Source of the DNA: the human T2T-CHM13v2.0 reference genome, Homo sapiens
Assembly: GCF_009914755.1 (NCBI RefSeq)
Contig: NC_060940.1
Direction: 5' to 3' (one strand)
DNA: 64,000 bases
Shown here: positions 13,801-28,014 of the stretch, one piece after another
Layout: each line of letters opens with the position of its first letter
Numbering within the stretch: the first letter of the stretch is position 1
The notes under the pieces: model-generated
Told to the model about the DNA's origin: nothing
What the model saw: only the letters and a program-made list of their open reading frames with translations
Databases searched by the model: none
Program-made: the position numbers and the translations under genes

Positions 13801-16800
13801 ATGTTGCTCTTAAACATGAGTCAGGACACTCTACATTGTGGGATAATGTACTCAGCTTATCAACCACTAACACCAACTGAAAAAGCATCCGCCTGGTTTT
13901 CCCATTTGCCTTCATCACAGATTGAGGGCAGGACGGAAGGCAAATGTGCGTGGCTCTTGACTGATTTCTGTTGCCCCATAGCCATTCATCTACCATAGCT
14001 TTGTTGAATTCAGGCAAACTTCTACTCACATGGCCCCATATCTTAATGTTGGAATGCATGAAAAACTCAGAGAGACTATAGCCTCCTCTATACAGTATCT
14101 TTAGGATTCTGATTTAGCCTTTATTTATTAACATTTCTATTCATGTCTTCCACATCAACCTAGATTTTTGTATCACCACCAGTCCTTCCTCCTTTTAGCC
14201 CTGTTGCTTTTCTTAGCTTTATGATCCTCCATTATATTTCCAATGGGAGACATTTGGGAGAGGCTGAGGCAGAAACAGAAGAGAGTTTCCTAGGATTGGG
14301 GCGCTTGCCTTATTTTATAACTAAGCATGGTTCCTGAGTCATTGAATCAGAAGTAGATAATAAATGGAGAACCAAACTTCCTCCCAAGTATCTTCTGGGT
14401 GGTGTGTGTGCCGTGAGATTATTTGTGACTAGTCTCATTTCAGCTCTTGGCTTGTAATTGTTGGAATTTCCTAACAGATTCCGGCAATGGCTTGGCTGTC
14501 TGTTTCAGTTTCCAGGCTTCCTTTGAGTTCCATATCTTCCTGAGTCTTTGTAGGTATTTCAAGGGCACGTTTGGAGATGTTGATGTAGGGATTGCTAACC
14601 AGATGCGATTTTATACCAGCAAATCCACTTCCATTAACATTGTAGGATTCTCTTTAAAGAGGGCTATATTCTTCAGCAAGATTTATTCTAACCTAAATGT
14701 GTGCTGTTTAGTCCTGATTTTGTCAGTTTGGAAATCTCTACTTGTGCTTGCCAACTCTCTCGCTGTCATTTCTCATCAACCTGGCACTTCCTCCCATGCC
14801 TGTATCTGTGTAATTACATTAATAGGATAGTGTCCTAGGGGATTTCATCTATATTTTATCTTGAAAGTGAAAAATCAAGGATCTTGTAAATCCCTATTTC
14901 TCATGAAACCGCCTTCAAAGGACTGAGTACATGCCTACTTCCTTAGATTTCATCAGCATATAAAACGCTGCTACAATTAAATGGATACTACCTTTATTTT
15001 GCAGAGTAATAATTGGCTTTCTTTTAAAAACCTAACCCAATTCTTTCCAACTTGTTTTAGATAACAGGGAAGTATATTTAGAAATTGTATTTACAGGTAA
15101 ATTTAGAAAGATTAGGTAAGGTTGAGTTTGAACATATGGCATGCAGCTTATTAAAAGTGAGCTTTTCACCAAATCCTTTGACCCCTAGAGAAATGTTCTC
15201 AAATTTTAGGATACCAAGTTCAACCCCGGACCTCAAGGATTAGAATGTGTATGTCTGGGAAATGGGAATCTTAATTGTTCACAGCAACCCAACCTGTTAG
15301 TTTCTGATGCTCATGTGTCCAGTCCACAATTTCAACATTACCCCATCGTTAGAAGACTCAATTCAAGTGAGTTTTCACATGTACAAAATAGAAATGGAGT
15401 CCTGTATTTTTATGCTTGATCCAGTCAACATTGCTGAAACTCAGCCTTTTTATTATGTAATCAAGTAACAACATATTTTCTCAGTAAGAACTTACTGAAG
15501 AGTTTCAAGAATTAGAAAGAGTAAAAGAGTGCCATTCCATTAGGGGAAATATATCTGTCACAAAGTCCATGCATTTTAAACTGGAAGAGAAATGCAGCCA
15601 TTAGAATTTTTGTTTTTACTCAAACTTTCATACTTAGCCAGCATATTTATCTGTTTTTTCTTAGAAACTTTTTCTAGCTGAAAGTGGAATGTAATATTTC
15701 ACCGTGTGCACTGGTGAAAGGTAAAGGAGGGAGGGAGACTAGATCTAGTAACCAGAGAACTGAGAGGTGACACATTTTGAAGCATCATAAACAATAGAAA
15801 TACTATATTCAAGACATTTGGAGCTATATGGTTTAGGGAAAATAGCACTAAGTTCCCAAGAAAATAACTCCATATTATCAAAGCAAAAATTGGTTTGCAT
15901 AAAATGGTCCAGTATCATAACAAAAAGTTAAAATTACATTCAGGGCCATCTGGTAAAGACATTTTCATTTGCTTTATTACATTTTGGAAAATGAAATTCT
16001 TTCTAAGTAGCTTCTGTTAAAGCTTAGAGCTAAGAAAGGGAAGAAAAAATGCTAAATAGAAGGGAAGAAAAGAACGATATTTATGAAAAGCAATGGGACT
16101 TTTGCTGCTTTTCTTTACAGAAGAGTAAAAGGTGTCATATGCCAGTGACCTACTTTGGGGAAACAAGTGAAGCAGAATCATGCGAAGATGTGTTTTGGGA
16201 GCCCTGCGGTGAGATTTTCAGTTGGATTTCTGCCAGTATTTGATATCAAATTTTAGAAACAAAGTTTCTGCAAGAACCTAAGAAAGTAATGCCCCAGTGA
16301 CTGAGAATGATGCTTTTGGACAATTAAAAACCATGATTGAGATTTTGCTGATGGAATTCTTAATTTCTATCTAATATACACATAATTAATAGAGATATCA
16401 CAGTGATAATGACTATTAGATATAAACTTGGTTCCAGCCACCGGAATAAGTGTTTAGTGCAAATTCTCGCATTTACTCATTGCATTAGTCCTATTCAGTA
16501 TGTATTATTATAATTCCAACTTTACAGGTGAGGATGCTGAGATTTAAAGTGATCAGAAAACTTACCTAAGGTAATATGACTAGTTAAGGGACAGATTTGA
16601 ACTTCAAATCCCAACTTTAAACTGTCCCACTAAACTACTACCACACATGTGTGTGTATTTATAATTATACCAACATTCATATTTATATCTATATGTGTTT
16701 GCATTCATAGTTATTCATAAACACGAATTATGTCTCTTTCTATAATCTTGAGAGAATAGCTTTTTTCCCCCCCAGAAAAGTAGATATTCACAGTTAAGTT

Positions 16801-17900
16801 GAAGAGACTACAAAAATCTAAAGGGAAACTTTTGAAAAATTTGGCATTGAGTTTTCTTTCTGTTTGGCTGAAGTTACTTCAATATCAGCATCAATATAGA
16901 ATATAAACTTTGTGAGAGCAGGGCCTGAATTCCTTTCTTTCTTTTTCTTTTCTCTGGTCTCTTACTGCTGCAGTGTAATTAATAGTGCCAACACAAATCA
17001 GACACTGCTTTATACATCTTTTTGAGTTAATGAGCAAATTAAACAATCAAATGACTCTCAATTTTTATCTCTCAGAGACCAGTCACTTCAAGAGTAGTGA
17101 ATGGAAGTCATTCTGATTTTGATGCTTTAAAAACCGTGGGATTTTCTAGAATCAAAGGATGAATGATTTGGGGCTGAGTGTTCATTCCCCTTCTCTCTTA
17201 CTTCTCTAAGACTAGGGTGGTGGTCAGGATTGATTAGTTTTCCAAGTAAAACATCCAAATGCAAGTCTGATCTGGTACTGACAACAGGTGCTGGAAGGGT
17301 AGAATGGGTTAGGGAACTCTTGTGAAATAAACATTTCGGTTAGAATTTTTGGAGGTACTTTCTTTATTTCTAATTGCTTTAACTCATTATGAGTTGAAAT
17401 TAATTTGGAAACAATTATTTTTTAATAAAAACGAAGTCAGTATCACAAGTGCTGTTTGCTCCATTTGAAAACAAACGTTTCTGGATCTCCATAGGAAAAA
17501 TAAAAACAATTCAATCGGAGGTTACCTAAAACTAGTCCTTGTCATTCAGAATAGCTTCAGGCTGCTCACATCATACATACCTTGGGCATATGCTGAAGAG
17601 AAAACAAAAAATCATGGAGAGATTAATTTAGGTACATTATTCTGATAATTCCTAGCAAAGGATAGCCACTTTTGTCTTCCGTGTCCTCTGAGCCTTTTTA
17701 TGAACTGATAGTTTGGAGCTAATGAAAACCAAGCTTTCAGATTTCCTGAGTCTCATTTAGACAGTCAGTAGACTGTCAGCCCAGAGAGGGACATCAGGTG
17801 CTTTCCAAAAACATTCTTTAGTATGAGGTTGTGGATTTGACTATGTTAGAGAGATTGTGAAAATTGAATATAGGAATTTGCTTATTTATTTTATTAAAAA

Positions 17901-18023
17901 AATTTTTTTGAGACAAGGTCTAACTGTATTGCTCAGGCTGGCTCAAACTCCTGACCTTAAGTGATCCTCCTGCCTCAGACTCTTGAGTAGCTGAGACTTG
18001 AGTTGTGCGCCACGGCACCCAAC
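17901..18023 (-). mobile_element. Alu monomer (FLAM-like)
   Basis: Poly-T followed by a single ~115-bp arm. Confidence 0.8.
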
Positions 18024-18159
18024 TCTGGAATTAATTTTAAATCCAACTTTGCTACCTGATTGTATGACCTTTGGTAAAATGCTCGCTGAGTTTAAGCCTT
18101 ACTACCTGTAAAATGGGAATAATGTGTACCTTTAGGAAGATTAAATTAAATCTATATAT

Positions 18160-18161
<2 letters not shown>

Positions 18162-18198
<37 letters not shown>
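18162..18198. repeat. (CA)n microsatellite inside a MIR (~18035-18255)
   Basis: Direct reading; MIR core CCTGTAAAATGGGAATAAT upstream. Confidence 0.9.
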
Positions 18199-18200
<2 letters not shown>

Positions 18201-18514
18201 TAACATCTGTTACATGGCAGACACTGCGTTAATAATATGGTAGTTAATATTACTGTTAATCAGAGTAGTATTACAGTTTCTTGTGTCTTGCTGGTGTATT
18301 TTCCTCAGTGACAGACAGAAAAGACCCGCAGAAAAGGAAACCGAGATAATTTTTGGCTCCAGTGGATGTTTTATAATAAGCTATTTTTAAACTACATTTT
18401 GTCATATTTAAGCAACGTAGTCAATCATACAATATGATCCCTAAAATTTCCCATTAAGAATAATTACCTCTGTTCATATTTTTCCCACACCTCAACCAAA
18501 TATATACAACTATG

Positions 18515-19620
18515 ATCCCCCATTACTACTACCACTCATCACTACCATCACCGTCTCCCACACAACCTTCAACTACAACACCCCACACAACTACCACCAC
18601 TACCACTCCCACTCACAACTACCATCATCTCCTGCACAATGTTCAATGACAGCCACACCCCACACAGCTACCACCACCATCACCCCCACTACTACCACTC
18701 ACCACTGCCATCACCATTTCCCACACAACCCTCAATTACAACCACACCCCACAGAACTACCACCACCACCACCACCACTACCACTCACCACTGCCATCAC
18801 CATTTCCTACCACCACCACTACCTCCCCCATCTCCCACACAACCCTCAGTAACAACCACAACCCACACAGCTACCACCACCACCACCACCACCACCACCA
18901 CTACCACTCATCACTCCCATCACCATTTCCCACACAACTCTCAACTACAACCATACCCCACACAGCTACCACCACCACCACCACCACCACCACCACCACT
19001 CCCACTTACAACTACTGTCATCTTCTGCACAATGTTCAATTACAACCACACCCCACACAGCTGCCACCACCACCACCACCACCACCGCTGACAACTACCA
19101 TCATCATCTCCCACACAACCCTCAACTACAACCACACCCCACACAGCTATCATGACCACCACCACTCCCACTCACAGCTAGCCCCCACATCATCACCATT
19201 ACCACCTACAGTAACTACCACTCACAACTGTCACCACTATCTTCCCGAATTGCTATCTCCATCATCATCACCTCTCATAACTATCACAATCCTCCATCAC
19301 CACCGTATCCACGATTACCTCAAACTGTCATCACCACTGCTACCCATAGCTACTGCCACCCACAAATGTCACCATTATCTCTCCCATAACCACCACCTCT
19401 ACTGCCATCACCTCTACCTGCAGCTACCACCTTCCTTACCACTGTTACCCATAACTATCCCCACTGCCACCTCCCTCAACTACCACCGTACAACCTACAA
19501 CTACAACCACACCAAGCACAACTACCATCACCTACCAGAATCACTCACACCTGTCACTCCCACCACCCACAACTGCCACCATGCCCTCACCACCTCTGCT
19601 AATACCACCACCACTATCAC
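18515..19620. repeat. Degenerate C/A-rich (CAC)n-based minisatellite
   Basis: About seven copies of TCCCACACAACCCTCAACTACAACCACACCCCACACAGCTA separated by CAC runs, then decayed CAC/CAT sequence. Confidence 0.92.
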
Positions 19621-19704
19621 TTTCTTTTCTTCAGGAAGAGTGCAAGTTATTGGTAGAAAATCTTGTAAAAACCAACTGGAAGAAATATTCCAGAAAAGTA
19701 ATTA

Positions 19705-20012
19705 TTTCTTTTCTTTCTTCTTTTTTTGAGACAGGGTCTCACCCTGTTGCCCAGGCTGGAGTGCAGTGGTGTGATCTCAGCTCACTGCAGCCTCAGCCTC
19801 CCAGACTCAGATGATTTCCTACCTTAGCCTCCCAAGTAGTTGGGACCACACACACGCACCACCTTGCCCAGCTAATTTTTTGTATTTTTTTTTGCAGAGA
19901 CAAGGTCTCATTATGTTGCCCAGGTTTGTCTCGAACTCCTGGGTTCAAGTGATCTGCCCGCCTCGGCCTCCCAAAGTGCTGTGATTATAGGCATGAGCTA
20001 CCTCATCTGGCC
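19705..20012 (-). mobile_element. AluJ
   Basis: Dimeric Alu; imperfect TSD AGTAATT(A/C)TTT. Confidence 0.93.
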
Positions 20013-20199
20013 AGTAATTCTTTAAATTAATTCTGAACATCATTTTTCTACTTAAAATCTTTTACAGTTAACATTTTCTATTGCTGAGAAAGTGATTCAT
20101 TATAAAACACTTCTCATAAAATTGCCAGAAGGATACTGTACCTCTGTTACATAAATTTTGGCTTCCTCAAAAAGTTCAAAACGATAACTCTGCTGCTTT

Positions 20200-21020
20200 A
20201 AAAAAAATAATTTCAACTTTTATTTTAGATTCAGGGGGTACATGTGTAGGTTTGTTACGTGTGAATATTGTGTGATGCTGAGACTTGGGGTACTAAGTGT
20301 CATCACCTAGGTACTGAGCATAGTACCCAATAGATTTTCAATCCCTGTCCGCCTCTCCTTTCCCCCTCTAGTAGACAACAGTGTCTATTGTCATCTTTGT
20401 GTCCATGTGTACCCAATATTTAGCTCCCACTTATAAGTGAGAACATGCAGTATTTGGTTTTCTGTTCCTGTGTTAATTCACTTAGGATAATGGCCTCCAG
20501 TTCCGTCCATGTTGCTGCAAAGGACATGATTTCATTTTTTTTATAGCTGTGTAGTATTCCATGGCATGTATGTACCACGTTTTCTGTATCCAGTCCCCTG
20601 TTGATTCCATGTCTTTGCTATTGTGAATAGTGCTGCAATGAACCTGCAAATTCATGTGTCTTCTTGGTAGAAAAATTTGTTTTCTTCTGGATAGATACCC
20701 AATAGTGGGGTTGCTGGGTCGAATGGTAACTCTGTTATAAAGTTCTCTGAGAAATTTTCAAACTGCTTTCTGCAGGGGCTGAACTAATTTACATTCTCAC
20801 CAACAGTGTATAGGCGTTCCCTTTTCTTTTCCCCACAGCCTCACCAGCATCTGTTGTTTTCTGCCTTTTTAATAATAGCCATTCCAACTGGTGCGAGATG
20901 GTATTTCATTGTGGTTTGGATTCGCATTTCTCTGATGATTAGTGATGTTGAGCATTTTTGCATGTTTGTTGGGGACTTCTGTGTTTTCTTTTGAGAAGTG
21001 TCTGTTCATCTCCTTTGTAT
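20200..21020 (-). mobile_element. 5'-truncated old L1PA/L1PB
   Basis: L1 3'UTR and ORF2 end; TSD TCTGCTGCTTT at 20189-20199 and 21021-21031. Confidence 0.9.
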
Positions 21021-22172
21021 TCTGCTGCTTTTCTTCAAAGTTTGACTCTTCTACCAGTCTTTGTTACATATATTTATACCATACACTATAAATATGCTCC
21101 TAATTTGTGCTGACCTCATTCATATATGAACACAGGGAAAGGCAAAGAGTTAAATTCTAATACATTTTAATAATATAATAAAAAATGCATTCTCTTGGAA
21201 AAAGTATAATGTTTATTTAAAACTGTTGGCCCATCTGCATGTTAGTCAGGTATGTGTATCAGGATAAAAAACATTTACTTTTGTTTACAGGACCCTTTTG
21301 GAGAAAGGGAGGTGCTGGTTACTGTAATAGTTTAGTACTTTTTTTTTTTTTATAAAGTCCATTTCTCTTTAAAGTTTAAAAATGCCTCCTCTCTTCTGCA
21401 TAGGAGTGGACATTTTTCCTCTGGTTGAAGATTCATTTTAAGAGCAGTTTTTCTAAAAAGATTCTGAGAGTTTCCCAGACAATGTTAAGAAATGTGGGGT
21501 AGAGAGAGAAAGGGCTTTATTTCTACTCCATGCGTGTCATGACTCTATTTTTTCGACCCAAAGTGTAAGCTTTCATTAAATTTATCAAGTGCATTTTTAT
21601 TTTTATTTTTTTTAAGAAGGCATGGACTATAACCAACTTTTAATTAATCATGAGATTGAAAGTTTCAGCATTTATCGTTAAAAAAAGCCTTCCATGGAAT
21701 AGTTTTATTGAGAAGTATTCTGAATTATTAGCTTGTGCGCAAGCTAATAGAACTCCTGAGCTGGAGGGAAGAAAAAGAGAGGTGGCCTTTATAGTGAGGA
21801 CAGGTTAGCGTGGTGACACTCTGATAAGGAACAGAAACTGGGAAAAATAAGGCCTTGCCAAATGTAGATGGTTTCCTGGGTACCTTTTGTGCATGTGGGG
21901 AATTCAACTACCCATTACCTATTTATATATTCCTGCTGTGTTGTTAGTACCAAAGGAAATAACTTGCCCAGTTTTCTGCCCACTACATAATTATTTATTG
22001 CAAAATTAAATTAGTGAAAGGGAAATTTTTATATCTGTTTTTGTTGTCTTCAAACATAGTTTATGCACATAAATTACTTTGGAAATCAAATGCCCCCTTG
22101 TGAAAGAGAATGTTTATTTTGGAGATGTACACAAAGCATGCAAAAAGGACATAATAGCGTGTGATTCTCTAG

Positions 22173-22570
<398 letters not shown>

Positions 22571-22739
22571 TAAATGTCCATTTCTGTGTCCAAAAGTCAA
22601 ATGATTTGCTCAAGCTAAGCTGTCTGTTGTTTCCTCCAACGATTGATGAACTTCTTCAAAAATACACAATGAATGAGAGTGACCTATAATTTCAGAGAAT
22701 TGCTGCTTGAACATAGTTTCATTAAAAATGCCTGCCAGA

Positions 22740-23175
22740 CACTGTTCACAAAAGCAAAGACTTGGAACCAACCCAAATGCCCATCAGTGATAGACGGGAT
22801 TAAGAAAATGTGGCACATATACACCATGGAATACTATGCAGTCATAAAAAAGGCTGAGTTCATGTCCTTTGCAGGGACATGGATGAAGCTGGAAACCATC
22901 ATTCTAAGCAAACAATCACAAGGACAGAGAAGCAAACACTGCATGTTCTCACTCATAGGTGGGAACTGAACAATGAAATCACTTGGTCACAGGGCGGGGA
23001 ACATCACACACCAGGGCCTGTCAGGGGGTGTAGGGCTGGAGGAGGGATAGCATTAGGAGAAATAACTAATGTAAATGATGAGTTGATGGGTGCAGCAAAC
23101 CAATATGGCACATGTATACCTATGTATCAAACCTGCACATTGTGCACATGTACCCTAGAACTTAAAGTAGAAAAA
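22740..23175 (+). mobile_element. 5'-truncated L1PA (PA5-7-like) with perfect TSD
   Basis: ORF2 C-terminus, 3'UTR and A tail; 16-bp TSD AAAAATGCCTGCCAGA at 22724-22739 and 23176-23191; TT/AAAA site. Confidence 0.95.
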
Positions 23176-23274
23176 AAAAATGCCTGCCAGAATCCAGTTA
23201 AACAACGAGCCTGCAACAAACAAACCATGGTCAATTAGATATAGAAGGAAGACCCCTCTTCTAATTGAGAACCT

Positions 23275-24142
23275 ATTGCTGCCATGAACCTCATTGTACA
23301 ATGTCTCTTTGAGACCCTGCTTTCAACTCTTTTTAGTATATACCCAGAAGTGAGATTGTTGAATCATATGGTAATTCTATTTTTAATTTTTTTGAAACAT
23401 TGCCTTACTGTTTTCCACAGCAGCTGCATCATGTTACATTCCTGCCAACAGTGTACACGGGTTCCAATTTCTCTACATCCTTAACATCCTAGTGGATGTG
23501 AGATGGTTGGTATTTAATTGTGATTTTGATTTACATCTTCCTAATGATTAGTGATGTTGAGCATCTTTTTATATGCTTTTTGGCCATTCATAGATCTTCT
23601 TTGGAAAAATGTTTTATTTCAGTCCTTTGCTTAATGTTTATTTGGGTTGTTTGTTGTTTTATTGTTAAGTTGTAGGAGTTCTTGATACATTCTGGATATT
23701 AACCCCTTAACAGACTACATAATTTGCCAGTATTTTCTCCTCCATAGTTTCCTTCTCACTCTAATTGTGTCTTTTGACGCACAAAAGTTTTAAATTTTGA
23801 GTATTCCAATTTATCTATTTTTATTTTGTTGCCTGTGCTTTTAGGGTCATATACAAGAAATCATTGCCAACTCCAATGTCAAGAAGCTTTCCCCTATATT
23901 TTGTAAGAGTTTCAAAGTTTAGCTCTTATGTTTGTCTTTGATTCATTTTGAGTATTTTGAGTTTTTTTTGTTTGTTTGTTTATGGTGTAAAGTAAGAAGA
24001 GTTCAACTTCATTCTTTTGCATGTGGACATCTGGTTTTCCCAACACCATTTGTTGAACAAACTGTCATTTCCTCATTGAATGGTTTTAGCAACCTTGTTG
24101 AAAATCATATGAATATATATGTAAGGGTTTTACTTCTGGGCT
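23275..24142 (-). mobile_element. Ancient L1M (L1MB-like) ORF2 fragment
   Basis: Diverged L1 ORF2 3' sequence. Confidence 0.82.
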
Positions 24143-24407
24143 TGCCAAATCTTTTGATATTTCAAAACAAACCAGATTCAGAATTTCATGTATAATAGTA
24201 TTTTAAAGTATAGGAATGTAAATGTAAAAAAATAAAAATTAAAGGACTACAGAGCTAAAACAAACAAAACAAATATACAAACATACATGGGCCATTTTTG
24301 AGTCCATTGGGCATTAGCTTGTTGCTTTTATTCTGAAGAGAACAGAGATAGATGGATATATGCATGCATACAAGAAAATGTTCTTCTTTACTGCATTTAC
24401 AGTTAAG

Positions 24408-24707
<300 letters not shown>

Positions 24708-25281
24708 TAATGAAGCAAACTTTTGTAGAGAAGTATTAGTCTGGAAAAATAGGTCATTTTAGTTTTGCTAGGGGGGTGAAGTAAGAAGTAAAGTGGGATT
24801 CTGAAACCATTTTCCCTTTGCAAGGGTCGGCAGCTTTGCCCATGGAATGTTAGCCATGTATCTCTCCAAAAGCTCAATTTCTCCGAGGCTATAAAGATGG
24901 AAAAAGAGAGAAGGAAGCTAGCATTTGTTCAGTGACAAATCTATGTCAAGTGCTTTACAAATTTTAGCTTATTGTCTTACAAAAATTTCCCTCTAGATTG
25001 GCTTTTATTATTCCCTTTAAAAAAAACCCCAAATGCTTAAAGTTAAGAAGAGGTGGGGAGTTTATTTTAGGTTACAGTGAATGGCAGAACCAGAATTCGG
25101 ATAGTTCAGCCATCCTCCAAAATTTGCATGATCCATCGAGATACTACGTTGTCTTTAAATAAAAGTTTGCCAGTGACTGAGATGGGAAGCCAGGTGGCTG
25201 AGTGCAGAAGAAGAGATCATGCTTCTTCATTAGTTCTTTTAAAATAATCAACTAGATTTAAAGTAAATAAAGATAAAGTCA

Positions 25282-25600
<319 letters not shown>

Positions 25601-26244
25601 AGAACCTTCCTGGCTTTGCACTGTGTTGCTACCTTAATATAAGCCCCAAATCCATCAATTTATGCAAGTGTTTGCACCCTATAATTAGATTTTTTCCTTT
25701 TAACTAAGTTCCTAAAGTGTGGGCACTTAGTAATTGATGACAGTTATTATTCTGCATCATAATAATGAAAAATTTGAAAAACCATAATTACTGAAAGCAG
25801 TGGTTTTTCAACTACCACCTTTTGGGAATATGTGTGTGTTTCTGAATGCTTATATAGGAAGCTTTTAAACTTGCAAGTCCCTTCTTATGTCAACAAGCCA
25901 CATGTGCTTCTTTGAGGATACCAAAAGCAGGGCATAGCCCACGGAATCACAGAATCTGAGCCAGAAAGGACCCCGGATAGCTCAGTTCTCAGATTTTCCT
26001 CATGGTGAAACCAAGGTTAAGTGTGTTCTTCATGTCCAGAGCCAAGACTAGAAGTGAGCTCTCTTCAATCTTAGTGCAAGACTTTCTCTGACGCATCTTT
26101 CTTTATTTGCTAGATGCTGCTCTGCAGCTAATGCAAGAGGCCCCAAAATTCATAATGGCATCGAATGGTATCTGTAGACTAAATATTCTACAAGTCTGTG
26201 TTTCTTCTTCCTAAAATATATGTAGATGTTACTGTGATTTTTAG

Positions 26245-26645
26245 TGTTCATTGAACAATTCAGCAACTTGCTGAGCACTTACATGAACAGGGACTGTGCA
26301 AATTGCTCCACATACAGTAATGAGCTTAATGACAAAGCCAACACCTTCATGAAGTTTATATTCTGATGAAATGAGACTGACAATAGATGGTTAAACAAGC
26401 AAAGCTAAAGCATTACAGTTGGCAAAACATTCTATGAAGATACATAAAACAGGGTGAGGTTAAAAAGTGCAGGCAAGTGAGGTTTGCTCTTTTTTATTGA
26501 CAGGTTCAGCAGAGGGCTCACTTAGCTGAAAGGGTAATGTCTGAGCAGAGACTTGCAGGAAAAGAGGGACCCAGCCATCGGGATGTGTCTTGGGAAGGGG
26601 AATTAAAGGAAAAGGAAGACCTTGGATGTCAGTTTGCCTGGACTG
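26245..26645 (-). mobile_element. L2 fragment
   Basis: TTCATTGAAC...CTGAGCACTTAC...ACTGTGC, the L2 3' pattern. Confidence 0.55.
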
Positions 26646-26698
26646 AAGTGAAAAAGAGAATTATATATATCATAGACTACATATGATAAGTCTATGTG

Positions 26699-26905
26699 TT
26701 GAGGAAGTTAAAATTTATATGAAAATTCTAATTCTTAGGAAAAACATCTCCTAATCAATGTTAAAATTTTGATCTACAGCTTCTGATCTGCTCCAATATT
26801 ATATATTGAGGACATTATAATTTATATGGAAATATTAATTCTTAGGAAAAACATCTCCTAGTCAATGTTAAAAATTTGGTCTGTCTTTGGCTCCGACCTC
26901 CAATC
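26699..26905. repeat. Tandem duplication, period 107 bp, two copies
   Basis: TTGAGGA..AATTTATATG..AATTCTTAGGAAAAACATCTCCTA..CAATGTTAAAA at 26699 and 26806. Confidence 0.88.
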
Positions 26906-28014
26906 CTGTCATCAACCAAAGCATTTTTATCTTCCTTCTGTTATAGAAGCTTCAGAATAGCAGGGATCTTGCCTATTCTGTTCATTGTTTTATCCCCTCT
27001 GCCTAGAAGCATTGTCAGTGCCTAATAAGATGTTGAAAATACCTGTTGATATAACATAAAATGCAGATAGCCCCATACATTTATTGCAATAAGCTTTTTT
27101 CCCAAATAATGTGTCCATACACTTTAAATATTGAAAAGTGCTATTGTAAAGAAAGAGATGAGCTATAGAATCTTATGATCTAGAGAAATAGTATTAATAA
27201 CAGACTATTTCCTAGGGTTTTTGTGAGACATAGATATGGTAGTAATACAAACTGAACACCTCATATAGGGTTGGCAGATATAAAGTGCTCAGTAATGATT
27301 CCTAATGGCTACATTCCTCTTGCTCACCAGCTGTTTCTCTTTACAGATTCTGCTTTTGGAATGCATCTCTGATATGAGCAAGTAAACATTGAGCAGAGAA
27401 ATATGAACAATTGTTCAGTCTTCTAAAATTCCAACCACTTTCATGATCTATTGAAAACAGAATTGGATAAAATTGTGCACAGCCACCTTATTCTAGGGTC
27501 CTGGCATGAACTTGAGCCCTGTTCCTCCTTCTGTCACAATATGTCAGAAATCCTGTGGAGACTTTCCCTCTATAGATCTTTCAATAACTGACAGTTCAAA
27601 GATGAGTCAAATAATTAAGACAAGTCTATTTGACATAATCAAGAAACATTGCTTTGGGAGCTGGGGAAAAGATAGTATAGCTGCCCTCTTACATAGCAAG
27701 CCTGTTGAATTACAAATGAATGAACCAATGGTAAAGAGAGAATTCAGAACTTGATGCTAAGTGCCTGGTCCACACTGGGCATTTTGCTAGATGCTGTGAG
27801 AAATGTGGTAGTGAAATAGGATGTTGGAATCAAGTGGACAGAAGAGACAGTTACTAACAATGAAAGAAGTGTGTGTGGGGACAGAATGAATGATGAGGAG
27901 GCTGAAAATGGATTGGAATGGCTGAGGGAATTAGGGGAGGTTCAGTGAGGAGCTGGCATATTAAGTGTGTCTAGAGGAATGAGGAGAATTTTGTAAGAGG
28001 AATTCTAGCAAATG

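Noticed and set aside
18639-19729. His/Thr/Pro-rich ORFs (150 and 159 aa) resembling mucin or extensin
   Set aside because: They arise because (CAC)n lacks stop codons. Several frames are open, and there are no splice or domain signals.
21337-21352. Isolated poly-T as a possible retrocopy tail
   Set aside because: No flanking TSD or poly(A) signal found.
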